Shown: one piece after another, positions 19,608 through 30,122 of the stretch | Layout: each line of letters begins with the position of its first letter | Position numbering within the stretch: the first letter of the stretch is position 1 | Assembly (NCBI GenBank): GCA_964632485.1 | Contig: CAZWDO010000003.1 | Location: 1 to 64,000, forward strand | DNA length: 64,000 bases | Direction: 5' to 3' | DNA from: an uncultured bacterium | Lineage (GTDB): Bacteria > JAGOEH01 | Notes under the pieces: generated by a model | Seen by the model: only the letters and a program-made list of their open reading frames with translations | What the model was told of the DNA's origin: nothing | Databases searched by the model: none | Program-made: the position numbers and the translations under genes

Positions 19608-20105
19608 TTATGGGATTGAATCGCCGGGAAGCCCTTGCGGATGATAAAATACGGGTTTGGCGCTGGGATAATATTTAATTGCTTTTCGATAACGGGAGAT
19701 CGCTTTCATATTCTCCATGCGGAGCGCTTTGTCAATGACAAAACCTTCTTTGATGGTAACCTTGGCAATAAAAAATTCAGGTACGGCGGTTACGTCTCCC
19801 AGATTAAATTCAGCTTTTGCCGAATCTTCCAGCCGTCTGGATGCCACCACATGTTTTATTACTGGACCGAAGCGGCCTTGAATTAAAAGGGAAGGGTCTT
19901 CGATACGGAACATTTTGACGAATTCTTCTTCCGATGTGCCGATTTTCAAGGCGCTTACCAACCTCACTAATTCATTATTCGTATCATAAAACAGTGGGTC
20001 GCTCAGTTTCAGTTTTTCAATATTATCCTGTTCATCTCCCGCGCAAAACAGAAAAAGAAAAAATGCCAGAAACGTCAAATAACGATAGCGTGACTTTTTA
20101 TACAT
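19608..20105 (-). CDS. Hypothetical exported protein, probable lipoprotein
   Basis: Basic N-terminus, hydrophobic stretch ending FLFC; 1-nt overlap with the upstream gene. Confidence 0.55.
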   Translation of the reverse strand: MYKKSRYRYLTFLAFFLFLFCAGDEQDNIEKLKLSDPLFYDTNNELVRLVSALKIGTSEEEFVKMFRIEDPSLLIQGRFGPVIKHVVASRRLEDSAKAEFNLGDVTAVPEFFIAKVTIKEGFVIDKALRMENMKAISRYRKAIKYYPSAKPVFYHPQGLPGDSIP

Positions 20106-20323
20106 TAGCTCTCCTTCTTGGTGTTCTCATCAATCATACCCAGAACATAGGCATCCTGCCGTTTTTTTACTTCATTCAACGAACTAATTAAATCATCTCG
20201 AGTGCAAATCCCCTTTTTAATCAGAATGTCAACAAGGGCCTCAACCGATAGCATGTTGAAATACACACATTGTTCAGTCGTCAATTCGCTGGATAGCGAA
20301 TTAAATTTTTCCTGGTTCATCAT
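20105..20323 (-). CDS. Small hypothetical protein
   Basis: 72 aa, AAGGG SD, tightly packed in the operon. Confidence 0.55.
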   Translation of the reverse strand: MMNQEKFNSLSSELTTEQCVYFNMLSVEALVDILIKKGICTRDDLISSLNEVKKRQDAYVLGMIDENTKKES

Positions 20324-20339
20324 TTTTCCCTTCTATGGT

Positions 20340-21635
20340 TTAAGTCGGTAAATAAAGACTACGAAACTCATCCTGGGCAAAAGAATCAGTCATGCCAGCA
20401 ATATAATCACATATTAAGCGTACAAACAAGGGTCGTTGGCGATTTTTTTGGATAATACTTTGACGTTCTGAAAACGGTTGCAAGCGCAATGAAATTTCAT
20501 TGTTTTCAAGAGCAAAGCGTTTCAGCGCATAATCCGGTAGTTGTAAAGGGTTGTTCATATAAGCTTTAAACAGTTTGCGTAAAAAATAACGTGTTTTTCC
20601 TTCTAAACGATTAATCCGGGCGCTGTTGATGATTTCCTGATAAACGAAAATCCGTAATTCACGATATTCCTTCTCAATCGCATGACTAAAAGAAACCAAA
20701 TTTAGCGCTAAAAGTTCCCTTTTTTCACAGAAAGCGGCATGATTGTCAATTTGGTGGGTATTGAGAAAGTCAATGAGATTGCGGTTGGAATGTTCAATTA
20801 CATCCGTGATCAACAAATTGACGAGGTACCGAATCATTTCATTTCGAATCTCCTCGTTTTTTTGAAGGGGATGAAAATTTTTAAAAATGGATAAATTCCG
20901 AACCTGGGATAGATTCACAATGTGGGAACGCAAGCCGTCTTCCAGGTCATGGGTTTGCTGGGCAATCTCGTCGGCGATAGCGACAACCTGAGCCTCAATG
21001 GAAAGTAAAGGCGGATGAGGGTCCAATAGGTTTCGATCCATTCCCGGGTATTGAATATCCGGGCGGATACCGGTATGCCGCAGAATTCCTACTCGAACTT
21101 GCGTGGTCAGGTTTAGTCCATTATAAGAGTAGCGCCTTTCAAGTTCATCAATGACGCGCAGACTTTGATAATTGTGTTTGAAACCACCCAGTTGGGAACG
21201 GATTTTTTCATTGATCAATCCATCTAAAGGGTCCTGGCCCGACATGACCTGGTCGAGAAAGACTTCGCCAATATGCCCGAAAGGCGTATGTCCCAAATCA
21301 TGGCCCAAAGCAATCGCTTCGGTCAGATCTTCATTTAACCCAAACGCGCGGGCAATCGTTCGTGAAAGTTGGGATACTTCCAGGGTATGTGTTAGCCGGG
21401 TACGGAAATGGTCGCCGTCCATCGCCATAAAAACCTGGGTTTTATGTTTGAGTCGGCGAAAAGAGCGGGCATGAACAATCCGGTCGCGATCATGCTGAAA
21501 ATCACTTCGAAAATCTTCAGTGTTTACGGGTTCCGCATGTAGCCGAACTCCTTCACCATGGTAAACCGCATAAAAAGCTAAATGTCGGTTAAGTTGGCTA
21601 ATAAGAGTATCGCCAAAGCGCAAATAACTTATCAT
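20340..21635 (-). CDS. dgt: Deoxyguanosinetriphosphate triphosphohydrolase (HD domain)
   Basis: FRRLKHKTQVF, RTRLTHTLEV, GHDLGHTPFGH, DYIAGMTD. Confidence 0.92.
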   Translation of the reverse strand: MISYLRFGDTLISQLNRHLAFYAVYHGEGVRLHAEPVNTEDFRSDFQHDRDRIVHARSFRRLKHKTQVFMAMDGDHFRTRLTHTLEVSQLSRTIARAFGLNEDLTEAIALGHDLGHTPFGHIGEVFLDQVMSGQDPLDGLINEKIRSQLGGFKHNYQSLRVIDELERRYSYNGLNLTTQVRVGILRHTGIRPDIQYPGMDRNLLDPHPPLLSIEAQVVAIADEIAQQTHDLEDGLRSHIVNLSQVRNLSIFKNFHPLQKNEEIRNEMIRYLVNLLITDVIEHSNRNLIDFLNTHQIDNHAAFCEKRELLALNLVSFSHAIEKEYRELRIFVYQEIINSARINRLEGKTRYFLRKLFKAYMNNPLQLPDYALKRFALENNEISLRLQPFSERQSIIQKNRQRPLFVRLICDYIAGMTDSFAQDEFRSLYLPT

Positions 21636-22075
21636 GGTTCATCTTTTATGGGTATTGAGTGTTCTCCCGGGTAGGCCAGATTCAAGATGACCGCTTCCGA
21701 TACCCGGGCATTTTTTAACCGGATCATCTCGCCGATGGCAACACGATCCGAGTAACCTCTGACGATCATCGTCTGAAGGAATTCCCGTCGAAAATTCGAT
21801 TCTCTCAGACGAATCAGGTCGTTTACTGAAATTTTCAAAGGGGATTGAATATATTTGATGATCATCGTTTCTTCGATATTGTTTTTTCTCAGTCGGATGA
21901 TCTCTTGCAACGAACTGTGCAAATATCCATTTTGCTGCACGGAACGAACAAAACGATCGCTGAAATTATTTTCCCGGAGTTTTAAAATATCATCAGGGGT
22001 TAATTTCGACATTTCCGCAAGTAAAAAAGAAAAAATTCCTAAAAGCGCCAGTATCAGGCCGACATACTTTGCCAT
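21632..22075 (-). CDS. Hypothetical exported protein with four helical repeats
   Basis: Signal peptide; repeats DDILKLRENNF / EIIRLRKNNI / DLIRLRESNF / EMIRLKNARV. Confidence 0.6.
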   Translation of the reverse strand: MAKYVGLILALLGIFSFLLAEMSKLTPDDILKLRENNFSDRFVRSVQQNGYLHSSLQEIIRLRKNNIEETMIIKYIQSPLKISVNDLIRLRESNFRREFLQTMIVRGYSDRVAIGEMIRLKNARVSEAVILNLAYPGEHSIPIKDEP

Positions 22076-23946
22076 GGTTTCATCCAGTAAATAGTGAGTG
22101 CGCTTGCAAAGGCCAATCCACAGGCAATCAATGCCGGCCCATATTCCTGCATGATCGCCATGCCGCTGCCGTACAAAGCGCTATAGATTAAAACAACACC
22201 GGCGATCCAGCAGATGAACAGTCGTCCATATCCGCTATCCGGAACGATTTCGGGCATCAGTTTCCTGAATTTACGCCAGCCGATACCGCCGGGATGGACC
22301 TTAGCGTAAAACCGCTTTAATAATTCCTGATCAGCCGGTTTAGTCAGAAACGTGACCGCCAACCAGGCGATAGTAGTTCCAAAAACTGTAGGATAAAGTG
22401 TCAGAGGCGGTTCAAGATGAAATACATATATGCTGATGGGGTAGATAATCAGCGGCGCAAGCATGGCGGAGATTTCAGACCAGGCGTTCATGCGCCACCA
22501 ATACCAACGCAAGATCAAAACCGCTCCGATTCCGGCGCTGGCATTGATGATAAATTCCCAGGCTCCTGAAATGGTTGCCAATACATATTTGGTTACCAAC
22601 AAAGAAATAATCGATAGGATCAGGATGGCAATACGGGAAATCATGATATAATGGGCTTCGGGCGCTTCGGCACGAATGAATCGGCGATAGAAATCGTTGA
22701 TAATATAGGAGGTTCCCCAATTGAGTTGGGAAGAGATAGTGGACATATAAGCCGCTAAAAAAACTGCGATTAGCAATCCCAGTAATCCTGCAGGGAGGTA
22801 ACGTACCATTAATTTCGGGTACATGACTCCGGGATCGATGGTATTTTCGTAGATTTCAAGCGTTTGCAGGAATTTTTCGTCTTGAGGCAGGGTGCCTTGC
22901 TGGATCATTTCCTGCTTATGCTGGTAGGCATTTTCCACCTGGGCAAATATTGCGGGATCTTGATTTTTCAACTCGTTCAAATCCGTGGCTCTGGGCAGGA
23001 GAACCAGCGCGCTGAGCGCTACCAGAATCCAGGGCCAGGGGCGAAGAGTATAGTGCGCGATAGTGAACCATAAGGTGGCAAAAAGCGATTGTTTTTCATC
23101 TTTTGCCGACATCATCCGTTGGGCAACATACCCACCGCCGCCGGGATCAGCGCCGGGATACCAAGAGGCCCACCATTGCAGACCGATATGGGCGAAAAAT
23201 GCGCCGGCGCTTAGCGCCATAACTCCCCCTACGACTTTTGTCCCGGCGGGGATTTCTCCAATACGGGGAGTGAATTGTCGAACCCATTCCGGGAGTTGGG
23301 CTTTCAAGCCAGTAATGCCCCCAACCTGTGGTAAATTAATAACAATCATCGCTAATACGATACATCCGACCATGGCAATTACAAATTGAACGGAATCAAT
23401 GCGAGCGGTACCTAACAACCCGGATGCTGATGCATATATCGCGATGACGAACATACAGGCGCATACTAAATAAAAATCGTTCCATTGAGGAAACAGAACA
23501 TAAAAAATTTTCTGCATGGCTTTGTTAACCCAGGCTAAAATTATTACATTCATAAACAAACCGAGGTAAAGAGCGCGAATTCCTCTCAAAGCAGCGGCGA
23601 CTCGACCGGAATACCGAATTTCCGTAAATTCTACATCGGTCAGAATTTCAGCTCTGCGCCATAACTTGGCAAAAAAGAAAACAGTCAGCATACTGCCTAT
23701 CGCCATATTCCACCAAAGCCAATTGCCGGCTATTCCTTTTGATGCCACTAATTCTGTTACTGCCAGGGGTGTGTCGGCGGCAAAAGTCGTCGCCACCATC
23801 GCCGTTCCGGCAATCCACCAGGGTAGGTCACGATTGGATAGAAAAAACTGTTGGGTGCCGCTGCCGGCTCTACGGGAATAGTACACAGCGATTGATAAAA
23901 CAATGATGAAATAGATTCCTACTACTAAACCATCCAGCCAAGTCAT
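22054..23946 (-). CDS. Sodium:solute symporter (SSF)
   Basis: ATTFAADTPL, GGYVAQRMMSAKDE, AAYMSTISSQLNWG; about 13-14 TM. Confidence 0.9.
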   Translation of the reverse strand: MTWLDGLVVGIYFIIVLSIAVYYSRRAGSGTQQFFLSNRDLPWWIAGTAMVATTFAADTPLAVTELVASKGIAGNWLWWNMAIGSMLTVFFFAKLWRRAEILTDVEFTEIRYSGRVAAALRGIRALYLGLFMNVIILAWVNKAMQKIFYVLFPQWNDFYLVCACMFVIAIYASASGLLGTARIDSVQFVIAMVGCIVLAMIVINLPQVGGITGLKAQLPEWVRQFTPRIGEIPAGTKVVGGVMALSAGAFFAHIGLQWWASWYPGADPGGGGYVAQRMMSAKDEKQSLFATLWFTIAHYTLRPWPWILVALSALVLLPRATDLNELKNQDPAIFAQVENAYQHKQEMIQQGTLPQDEKFLQTLEIYENTIDPGVMYPKLMVRYLPAGLLGLLIAVFLAAYMSTISSQLNWGTSYIINDFYRRFIRAEAPEAHYIMISRIAILILSIISLLVTKYVLATISGAWEFIINASAGIGAVLILRWYWWRMNAWSEISAMLAPLIIYPISIYVFHLEPPLTLYPTVFGTTIAWLAVTFLTKPADQELLKRFYAKVHPGGIGWRKFRKLMPEIVPDSGYGRLFICWIAGVVLIYSALYGSGMAIMQEYGPALIACGLAFASALTIYWMKPWQSMSA

Positions 23947-23984
23947 TGTCTCTCCTTTTTTCTGCTAAGGGTTCGCGTTCGATT

Positions 23985-25025
23985 TCAGGGTTTCAATGCA
24001 GGAACTTTTGCGCGCAGAAAGATTTCGGACAATTTCCCGAAATACTCTTCACTAAATGTGAGCAGACGGGCTTCCGCCGGTGACCGGAATACCTGGTAAT
24101 TGAGGTATTGAACTGGGGGATGGATGCCCTGGAAGCGGAGCTGGTAAGCCAGCAAGAGTTGAGAATTGATATCGTAATTATGAAAGAAAAAATCGTTTAT
24201 GTCTTTTTCCCCATATTTGGGGTCGCCCACAATCGGATGTTCGATATAGGCCAATTGCGCTCGTAATTGATGTGATTTTCCGGTGATTAGCTCCATGCCG
24301 ACCAGGCTGATTGTCTCGCCGATTGCCAATGGAAAAATCCGCGATTCGCAAAGAGCCGATCCGGGTACATTGATATCATAAATTACGGCGATATTTTCAT
24401 CCTGGGATTTTTGAATATAGTGGCGCAATGATAGTTCGCGGTTAAATTCGCCTTTAACGACCCCGAGGTAAAATTTATGAATTTTCTTTTCCCGCATGGA
24501 TTCATTCAAAACGCGCAACGCCTGGTAGGTTTTCCCAAAAAGCACTAACCCCTCTGTATTGCGGTCCAGCCGGTTAATGCTGCTGGCCACAAAATCGCGA
24601 AATGCGCGGGGATTCTTTAAACGCAGATAGCGGTTTACTAAATGAATCAGATCGTCATTCTGGTCGGTCAGGTTGCTCTGACTCAAAATCCCGATGGGTT
24701 TAAAAACGACCATCACATGTTCGTCTTCATAAATGATTGGAAATTTGGCTAATAATTGATCTATTTCTTCCGCGGTGATTGCAGGTTCGTCTTCATCCGG
24801 GATTGCCAGGGCTTCGGTTTCAGCTTCCAATTCTTTAAGCGAAAAAACGATGCGATCACCCGTGCAGAGGATATCGTCATAATCGCCTCGCTTGCCATTG
24901 ATCTTAACGCGGCGTTTTCGGATTAATTTGAAAATAAAATCCTTGGAAAACTGGGGATATTGTTTCAAAAGGAATCGATAGAGGGGCCGGCCCTCTTGAG
25001 TAAATGGGACAATCAATTCTTGCAT
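23985..25025 (-). CDS. RluA-family pseudouridine synthase with S4 domain (RluC/RluD-like)
   Basis: S4 N-terminus, KPIG, NRLDRNTEG, TGKSHQLRAQL, GDPKYG. Confidence 0.9.
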   Translation of the reverse strand: MQELIVPFTQEGRPLYRFLLKQYPQFSKDFIFKLIRKRRVKINGKRGDYDDILCTGDRIVFSLKELEAETEALAIPDEDEPAITAEEIDQLLAKFPIIYEDEHVMVVFKPIGILSQSNLTDQNDDLIHLVNRYLRLKNPRAFRDFVASSINRLDRNTEGLVLFGKTYQALRVLNESMREKKIHKFYLGVVKGEFNRELSLRHYIQKSQDENIAVIYDINVPGSALCESRIFPLAIGETISLVGMELITGKSHQLRAQLAYIEHPIVGDPKYGEKDINDFFFHNYDINSQLLLAYQLRFQGIHPPVQYLNYQVFRSPAEARLLTFSEEYFGKLSEIFLRAKVPALKP

Positions 25026-25087
25026 GGGACCTTCAGTTGTTTATGATTCTACAGGAATAATACAACGATTTTTATAAAAATCAAGTT

Positions 25088-25798
25088 TTATTTTGTGGAT
25101 TGCCATAAGTTTTCAATATAAAGCTGATATTTTTTCTTTTTTTCAGCTTGCCAGGCCAATTCTGCCTCGGATACACGTAGATAAGTCAAATGAAATTTTT
25201 CTCTTGAAACAGCGAGACGATCAAGTGTCTCAGGAAACGGTAATAATGCAGCAAAACGGGGAATCAGACGGCAGTATCCGAACTCTTCAGCCAGTTTGTC
25301 ATCGCTGGTAAATACGGGAGCATTTGCGGAGCGCTGAAGATGAAATTCATTTTTATCCATCAGCTCTTCTCTGATAATCTTGGGAACTCCATCCACATCT
25401 AATTGATAATAGCCTACATAGAGTTCATGGCGGATTCCCGGTATGACTGTGAACAGCTTCGAAAGGGGGGGCAGATGTGCGTTGAGCTGAAAGGCCAAGA
25501 GATGGAGTGAACTCAAGGGGATGATATCGATATTTTGGGCGAGCGCCAGGGTTTTAACTAACGTCGCGCCAATGCGTAATCCGGTAAAGGAACCGGGTCC
25601 GACAATGGCCAGAATGCGGGATATCTGTTCCAATTTGATTCTGCATTCAGTGAGTAAAATATCAAGTTGTTCAGGCAGCATTTCGGCATGGGTTCGTCCG
25701 TTTTCAACCATTATCTCACCGATCCATTTAGTCCCGCGCCACACCGCCAGTTGGCAACGCTTTGTTGAAGTGTCCATCGCTAATATGGTATGGTTCAT
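25088..25798 (-). CDS. tsaB: tRNA threonylcarbamoyladenosine biosynthesis protein TsaB
   Basis: ILAMDTST, GPGSFTGLRIG; adjacent to tsaE. Confidence 0.92.
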   Translation of the reverse strand: MNHTILAMDTSTKRCQLAVWRGTKWIGEIMVENGRTHAEMLPEQLDILLTECRIKLEQISRILAIVGPGSFTGLRIGATLVKTLALAQNIDIIPLSSLHLLAFQLNAHLPPLSKLFTVIPGIRHELYVGYYQLDVDGVPKIIREELMDKNEFHLQRSANAPVFTSDDKLAEEFGYCRLIPRFAALLPFPETLDRLAVSREKFHLTYLRVSEAELAWQAEKKKKYQLYIENLWQSTK

Positions 25799-26286
25799 GA
25801 TGTCAGTTCCAATTTCGCAAGGTGATCAAAGAAAAAACCAGATTCATCATCATCGGAAAAAAAATACGCGGTTCGCCGATATTCAGTATCCATCCGGATG
25901 AATATCCCGATCAGAGGAGAAAAAAGTAAATAATCGCGGACCTTATAGGCCCATTCAACAAAAAAAATGGTGCGTTCATCACTTAGAATTTCATCCAATC
26001 CCAAATCCTCAAACTGGGACCGACCCCCCAATCGATAAAGATCAATATGGAAAATACGGAATATTTCAGTTTGATATTCATGGACCAGAGTGAAAGTAGG
26101 ACTATCCACCCAATCGGAGGCGATGCCCAAAGACTCGATAATCGATTTAACTAAGGTTGTTTTACCGGCGCCTATGGGACCATCCAGAGTAAAATGAATC
26201 CCGGATCGGAGCCCTCTAGCCATCCAATTCCCGAGACTGCAAGTCTGTTCCAGATGATTGAGATCGAAACGGGTTTGATATTTCAT
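25795..26286 (-). CDS. tsaE: tRNA threonylcarbamoyladenosine biosynthesis ATPase TsaE
   Basis: GPIGAGKTT, SPTF, HIDLYRL, VEW. Confidence 0.93.
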   Translation of the reverse strand: MKYQTRFDLNHLEQTCSLGNWMARGLRSGIHFTLDGPIGAGKTTLVKSIIESLGIASDWVDSPTFTLVHEYQTEIFRIFHIDLYRLGGRSQFEDLGLDEILSDERTIFFVEWAYKVRDYLLFSPLIGIFIRMDTEYRRTAYFFSDDDESGFFFDHLAKLELTS

Positions 26287-26738
26287 TGAGCCAGTTTGGA
26301 TTTATATTCCTGATACGCTAGCGCTAAGGCATCATCCGACAGGCTGAGAATTTGCGCAGCAAAGAGCGCGGCATTTTTCATTCCGGCTTTTCCGATTGCC
26401 ATACAAGCCACGGGAACTCCTCCCGGCATCTGTACAATAGAATATAACGCATCCACTCCCTGAAGATGCGAACCGGGCAGGGGCACGCCGATGACTGGCA
26501 AGGTTGTGTATGAAGCGATTACACCCGGCAGATGCGCCGCCATCCCTGCACCTGCAATTATTATCTTGATACCTCGGTCAGCGGCCTTTTCGGCTAATTG
26601 GCGAGTTCCTTCAGGATTGCGGTGAGCCGATGAAAAATGAATCTCATAATGAATTTTGAATTGTTTGAAGATATCTTCCAGCGGTTCGAGGAAGATTTCA
26701 TCTGAACGGCTACCCAGGACAATTAATATATCACTCAT
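26283..26738 (-). CDS. purE: N5-CAIR mutase
   Basis: GSRSD, SAHRNP, AGMAAHLPG, SIVQMPGGVPVA. Confidence 0.96.
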   Translation of the reverse strand: MSDILIVLGSRSDEIFLEPLEDIFKQFKIHYEIHFSSAHRNPEGTRQLAEKAADRGIKIIIAGAGMAAHLPGVIASYTTLPVIGVPLPGSHLQGVDALYSIVQMPGGVPVACMAIGKAGMKNAALFAAQILSLSDDALALAYQEYKSKLAQ

Positions 26739-26816
26739 TCTATTCCTCCTTTTAGACTGGATCTGTAGCGATAAAAATTTTTAACTTGACTTTTTCTTTA
26801 AAAATCGATAAAGTAT

Positions 26817-26846
26817 AAAAAAAAACCACCCCTGGAGGGTGGTTTT
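26817..26846 (-). terminator. Intrinsic terminator downstream of tRNA-Ala
   Basis: AAAACCACCC-ctgga-GGGTGGTTTT stem followed by a U-run on the minus strand. Confidence 0.85.
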
Positions 26847-26851
26847 GGGAG

Positions 26852-26924
26852 TGGAGCCTACGGGGATCGAACCCGTGACCTCTTGACTGCCAGTCAAACG
26901 CGCTCCCAGCTGCGCTAAGGCCCC
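26852..26924 (-). tRNA. tRNA-Ala (GGC), CCA not encoded
   Basis: Reverse complement GGGGCCTTAGCGCAGCTGGGAGCGCGTTTGACTGGCAGTCAAGAGGTCACGGGTTCGATCCCCGTAGGCTCCA; G3:U70 pair, GGC anticodon, TTCGA T-loop. Confidence 0.97.
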
Positions 26925-26935
26925 ACAGTTCGCAT

Positions 26936-26964
26936 AGTATACAAAAACTTCATGTTTTTGTCAA
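26936..26964 (-). promoter_or_regulatory. Sigma70 promoter of tRNA-Ala
   Basis: TTGACA-17-TATACT ending 11 nt before the tRNA 5' end. Confidence 0.85.
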
Positions 26965-27009
26965 GCTTTTTTTTTAATTTTTCACTATAATAACGAGAAA
27001 GGACGTAAT

Positions 27010-28053
27010 ATGCTCGTTGATGGCAAAGCTTTTCGAACTGTTTGGATGGAGGGCATGACTGTTTGCATGATTGACCAGATACGGTTGCCCCATTTTTTCG
27101 AGATTTATCGCAGTCCTGATTACCAAACGACAGCCCGGGCGATACAAACGATGATAGTACGTGGCGCAGGAGCGTTGGCCGGGGCGGGAGCCTATGGCAT
27201 GGTACAGGTCTTCCAAACCAGTGTGGATGATAACGCTATTTGGGCGGGTTATCAATTGATGCGCAGTACCCGGCCCACCGCTCAAAATTTATTCTATGCC
27301 GTTGATCGGGTCTATCAGGCGGGAATGCAGGGAGACGACATTGGACATCGCTCCCAATTGGCGCTTGAAGAGGCTTCGCGGTTATGCGACGAGGATTCGC
27401 AGTTAGCCGCCCAGATAGGCGCGAATGGTAACACGCTAATTGCCGATGACGCGCGGATTTTGACTCACTGCAACGCCGGCTGGTTAGCTTTTGTTGATTG
27501 GGGAACTGCTTTAGCGCCCATATATCGCGCCCACCAGGAAGGAAAAAAAGTGTTTGTCTATGTGGACGAAACGCGGCCATTGCTTCAGGGAGCGCGCCTT
27601 ACGGCGTGGGAATTAGCCGGGTACGGAATTCCCCATACGATCATACCAGATAATGCCGCTGCTTATTATATGGCTAAAAAACAAATCGATCTTGTGATTA
27701 CCGGCGCCGACCGGATTGCCGCCAACGGGGATACCGCCAATAAAATCGGCACACTGGACCGCGCGATTTTAGCAACGTATTTCGGTATCCCTTTTTATAT
27801 CGCTGCCCCCACGACGACTATCGATTTTAATACCCCCAACGGCGCCAATATTCCGATTGAAGAACGATCACCCAATGAAGTCCATTATGCCTCCGGAATT
27901 CTGGACGACGGGCAGTTTTCTCGTGTCCGGCTTTCACCGTCCGTGAGTCCCGCCAATAACCCCGCTTTCGATGTGACTCCGCATGAGTTGATTACCAAGT
28001 ATATCACGGAAAAGGGGATTCATTCAGCCGGTGAACTTGCTCAATTAAAATAA
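27010..28053 (+). CDS. mtnA: S-methyl-5-thioribose-1-phosphate isomerase
   Basis: MIVRGA, TRPTA, LTHCNAGWLA, ETRPLLQGARLTAWEL, GDTANKIGT, NPAFDVTP. Confidence 0.93.
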   Translation: MLVDGKAFRTVWMEGMTVCMIDQIRLPHFFEIYRSPDYQTTARAIQTMIVRGAGALAGAGAYGMVQVFQTSVDDNAIWAGYQLMRSTRPTAQNLFYAVDRVYQAGMQGDDIGHRSQLALEEASRLCDEDSQLAAQIGANGNTLIADDARILTHCNAGWLAFVDWGTALAPIYRAHQEGKKVFVYVDETRPLLQGARLTAWELAGYGIPHTIIPDNAAAYYMAKKQIDLVITGADRIAANGDTANKIGTLDRAILATYFGIPFYIAAPTTTIDFNTPNGANIPIEERSPNEVHYASGILDDGQFSRVRLSPSVSPANNPAFDVTPHELITKYITEKGIHSAGELAQLK

Positions 28054-28177
28054 TGGGTTATGCTAATCTTTCTTTCCAAGTTTAACCCGCTGGAAAGCCC
28101 AGCTACTTGTAAAAATTACGTTTGCTCTGATTGATGGCGCGGTGTAATTTTCAGTTTTTCCCCGCTTCAAAAATAAA

Positions 28178-28206
28178 TTGACAAACCCCGTCTTTTTCAT
28201 TATATT
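28178..28206 (+). promoter_or_regulatory. Sigma70-type promoter
   Basis: TTGACA-17-TATATT about 50 nt upstream of ATG 28256. Confidence 0.65.
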
Positions 28207-28255
28207 GAACCGTTGGAACCCGTCTGATGTTTTAGCTTTAAACGGAAGGAAGCCT

Positions 28256-28983
28256 ATGCGATCGCTCCCAGTCCTGCTCATTTGTGTTCTATTCGGCATA
28301 TTATCCGCGCAAGAACTCAAACCGATTACCTATCAGTATTTTGCGAATCTGGGGATTGGGTACTTGCGACCGGAAGGGCAGGTACAGGAGCTCATGTCGG
28401 GGGCTTCATATTTGCAATTAGGGTTTCATTACCGGGTTTTAAAGAGATTAACCGGTGGGATTGATTTCAATATCGCCAGTTTGCCCCCGGAGTTTAAACA
28501 TGTGGAGANNNNNNNNNNATCGGTTATGAACAGGATCGGCGTTGGTATCAGATTGGGACGGAGTGGCGGTGGCATTTTTTACAAAGTGAAGCGCCTTTGC
28601 GCTATCGATACCGGAACCTGTTTTCGCCATCCTGGGCTTTTTTCGGCGGTGTTAAATTTAATTATTATTATCATGCCTTAATTTTCCGCATACTGCAAGT
28701 CAAGCAAACTTTTTGGGAAGAAGATCAGATTAATTTTGCCCGGCATGGGCTTGGAGCTGCCTGGGGTCTTGGATTTTTTAAAGTCTTCGATATCGGCTTT
28801 GGCATCCCGGTTGGTATCCAGTTTTGCGCCTGGTACCACCAGGTATCCAGTCGCGCCTCAAAGGCAAATTTTCAATATTATGACGGCGTGGATTTTTTCG
28901 ATCGCAGTGATCCTCTGCCTCGTACTGCTTCTGAATCTTATCTCCAGTTTCAGCTTTCCTTTATGATTCTGAGTATTAAGTGA
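28256..28983 (+). CDS. Probable outer-membrane beta-barrel protein; one gene spanning the assembly gap at 28509-28518
   Basis: Signal peptide MRSLPVLL...; after the gap the frame IGYEQDRRWYQIGTEWRWHF runs into the 28597..28983 ORF. Confidence 0.6.
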
Positions 28984-29129
28984 TGAGTATTTTGACGACG
29001 ATTTAGTCTTTAATCAGTTGCTAAAATCTAGCCATCAATTGAATAGCAGAGTTAGCAAATGTTATATGTCATAATTAAAACTTGTGGCAAAATAAATATT
29101 ATAGTATCGAATTGAGATGTAAGACTGTT

Positions 29130-30122
29130 TCAATGGGATTGCAAGCGAAGTCCGAGCAGCGCCTGAAAACCGCCGATTGCTTTGGCATCCGCACCTAATT
29201 TGTCCCGGAAATATCCAGCCTTGCCATAAACTGCAAGTATCGGAGTGAGTTCACAATCAGTTTTTATGTAAATAAAATTCTCGCTATCAAGTGGTGAATA
29301 GAAAAGGTCATCGATGGATGATGAACGGGTGAAATGGCGGAAATAAAAATCGGCATAGGCGAAAACCGACCATTTATTCCCGAGTAGAATTCCCGCCAGA
29401 ACTTTAAAATTTTGTTCATACGAAGGGAATGATGTGATAAGCGATTCATGGTATAATCCGTTATAGTCGAATCTAAATTCAAACGCGCCGGAATATCCGA
29501 CGTTCAGATGTAAACCCGGGCGCCATCCTTTATTTTTTTTTGAAAGAAATTGAATCTGGAACCGTTCGGCTGAAACTCCACCTCCCAGTGTAAACTGGTT
29601 GAACCGATGAAATAGCGTGTATTGGATTGAGATAATATCCAAAGTGTTTGGATTCGCATTGTCAATGGATCGGTATGCATATTGCCCATGGACCAATTGC
29701 TGAAACTTTTCCCCGTTATAATAATAGTCTCCTTGCGCCTGGTTTATTGCTGCATTGATTTTGAGGTTTCCATAATGGAAGAATTGACCTTGCCGACTTA
29801 GACTCACAAAAATTGTCCTGTCTTCTTTCAATCGGCGCGACACATTCCCTGAAATTTGGTAAGTAATTAATCGATCCGCTGAGTTGAACCCATATTGGAC
29901 CGGAGTGATCCTTATTTTTCCTTGATAATCATTCGGATCATCGCGATAAAACGCATGGAAAAGAGCATCGAATCGGCATAATAAGCGAAATTTATCCGTT
30001 TCCCATGGATTATCTGAGCGGTAGAATCCCCATTCATTTTGGAGACTCAACCGGGTTTTCAGCGCGAAAACGGGGTGAACAAGGCCCAGTAGTGCCAAGA
30101 AAAAAAAGATGAATTTGTTCAT
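29130..30122 (-). CDS. Hypothetical outer-membrane beta-barrel protein
   Basis: Signal peptide ending VFA; aromatic-rich amphipathic strands; terminal ALLGLRLQ. Confidence 0.6.
   Translation of the reverse strand: MNKFIFFFLALLGLVHPVFALKTRLSLQNEWGFYRSDNPWETDKFRLLCRFDALFHAFYRDDPNDYQGKIRITPVQYGFNSADRLITYQISGNVSRRLKEDRTIFVSLSRQGQFFHYGNLKINAAINQAQGDYYYNGEKFQQLVHGQYAYRSIDNANPNTLDIISIQYTLFHRFNQFTLGGGVSAERFQIQFLSKKNKGWRPGLHLNVGYSGAFEFRFDYNGLYHESLITSFPSYEQNFKVLAGILLGNKWSVFAYADFYFRHFTRSSSIDDLFYSPLDSENFIYIKTDCELTPILAVYGKAGYFRDKLGADAKAIGGFQALLGLRLQSH

Noticed and set aside
26852-26924. tRNA as an integration site for an island
   Set aside because: No integrase, no duplicated tRNA 3' end seen, and housekeeping genes on both sides.
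28509-28518. Apparent frameshift splitting the barrel gene into 28178..28681 and 28597..28983
   Set aside because: Caused by a 10-N scaffold gap of arbitrary length; the post-gap frame is continuous.
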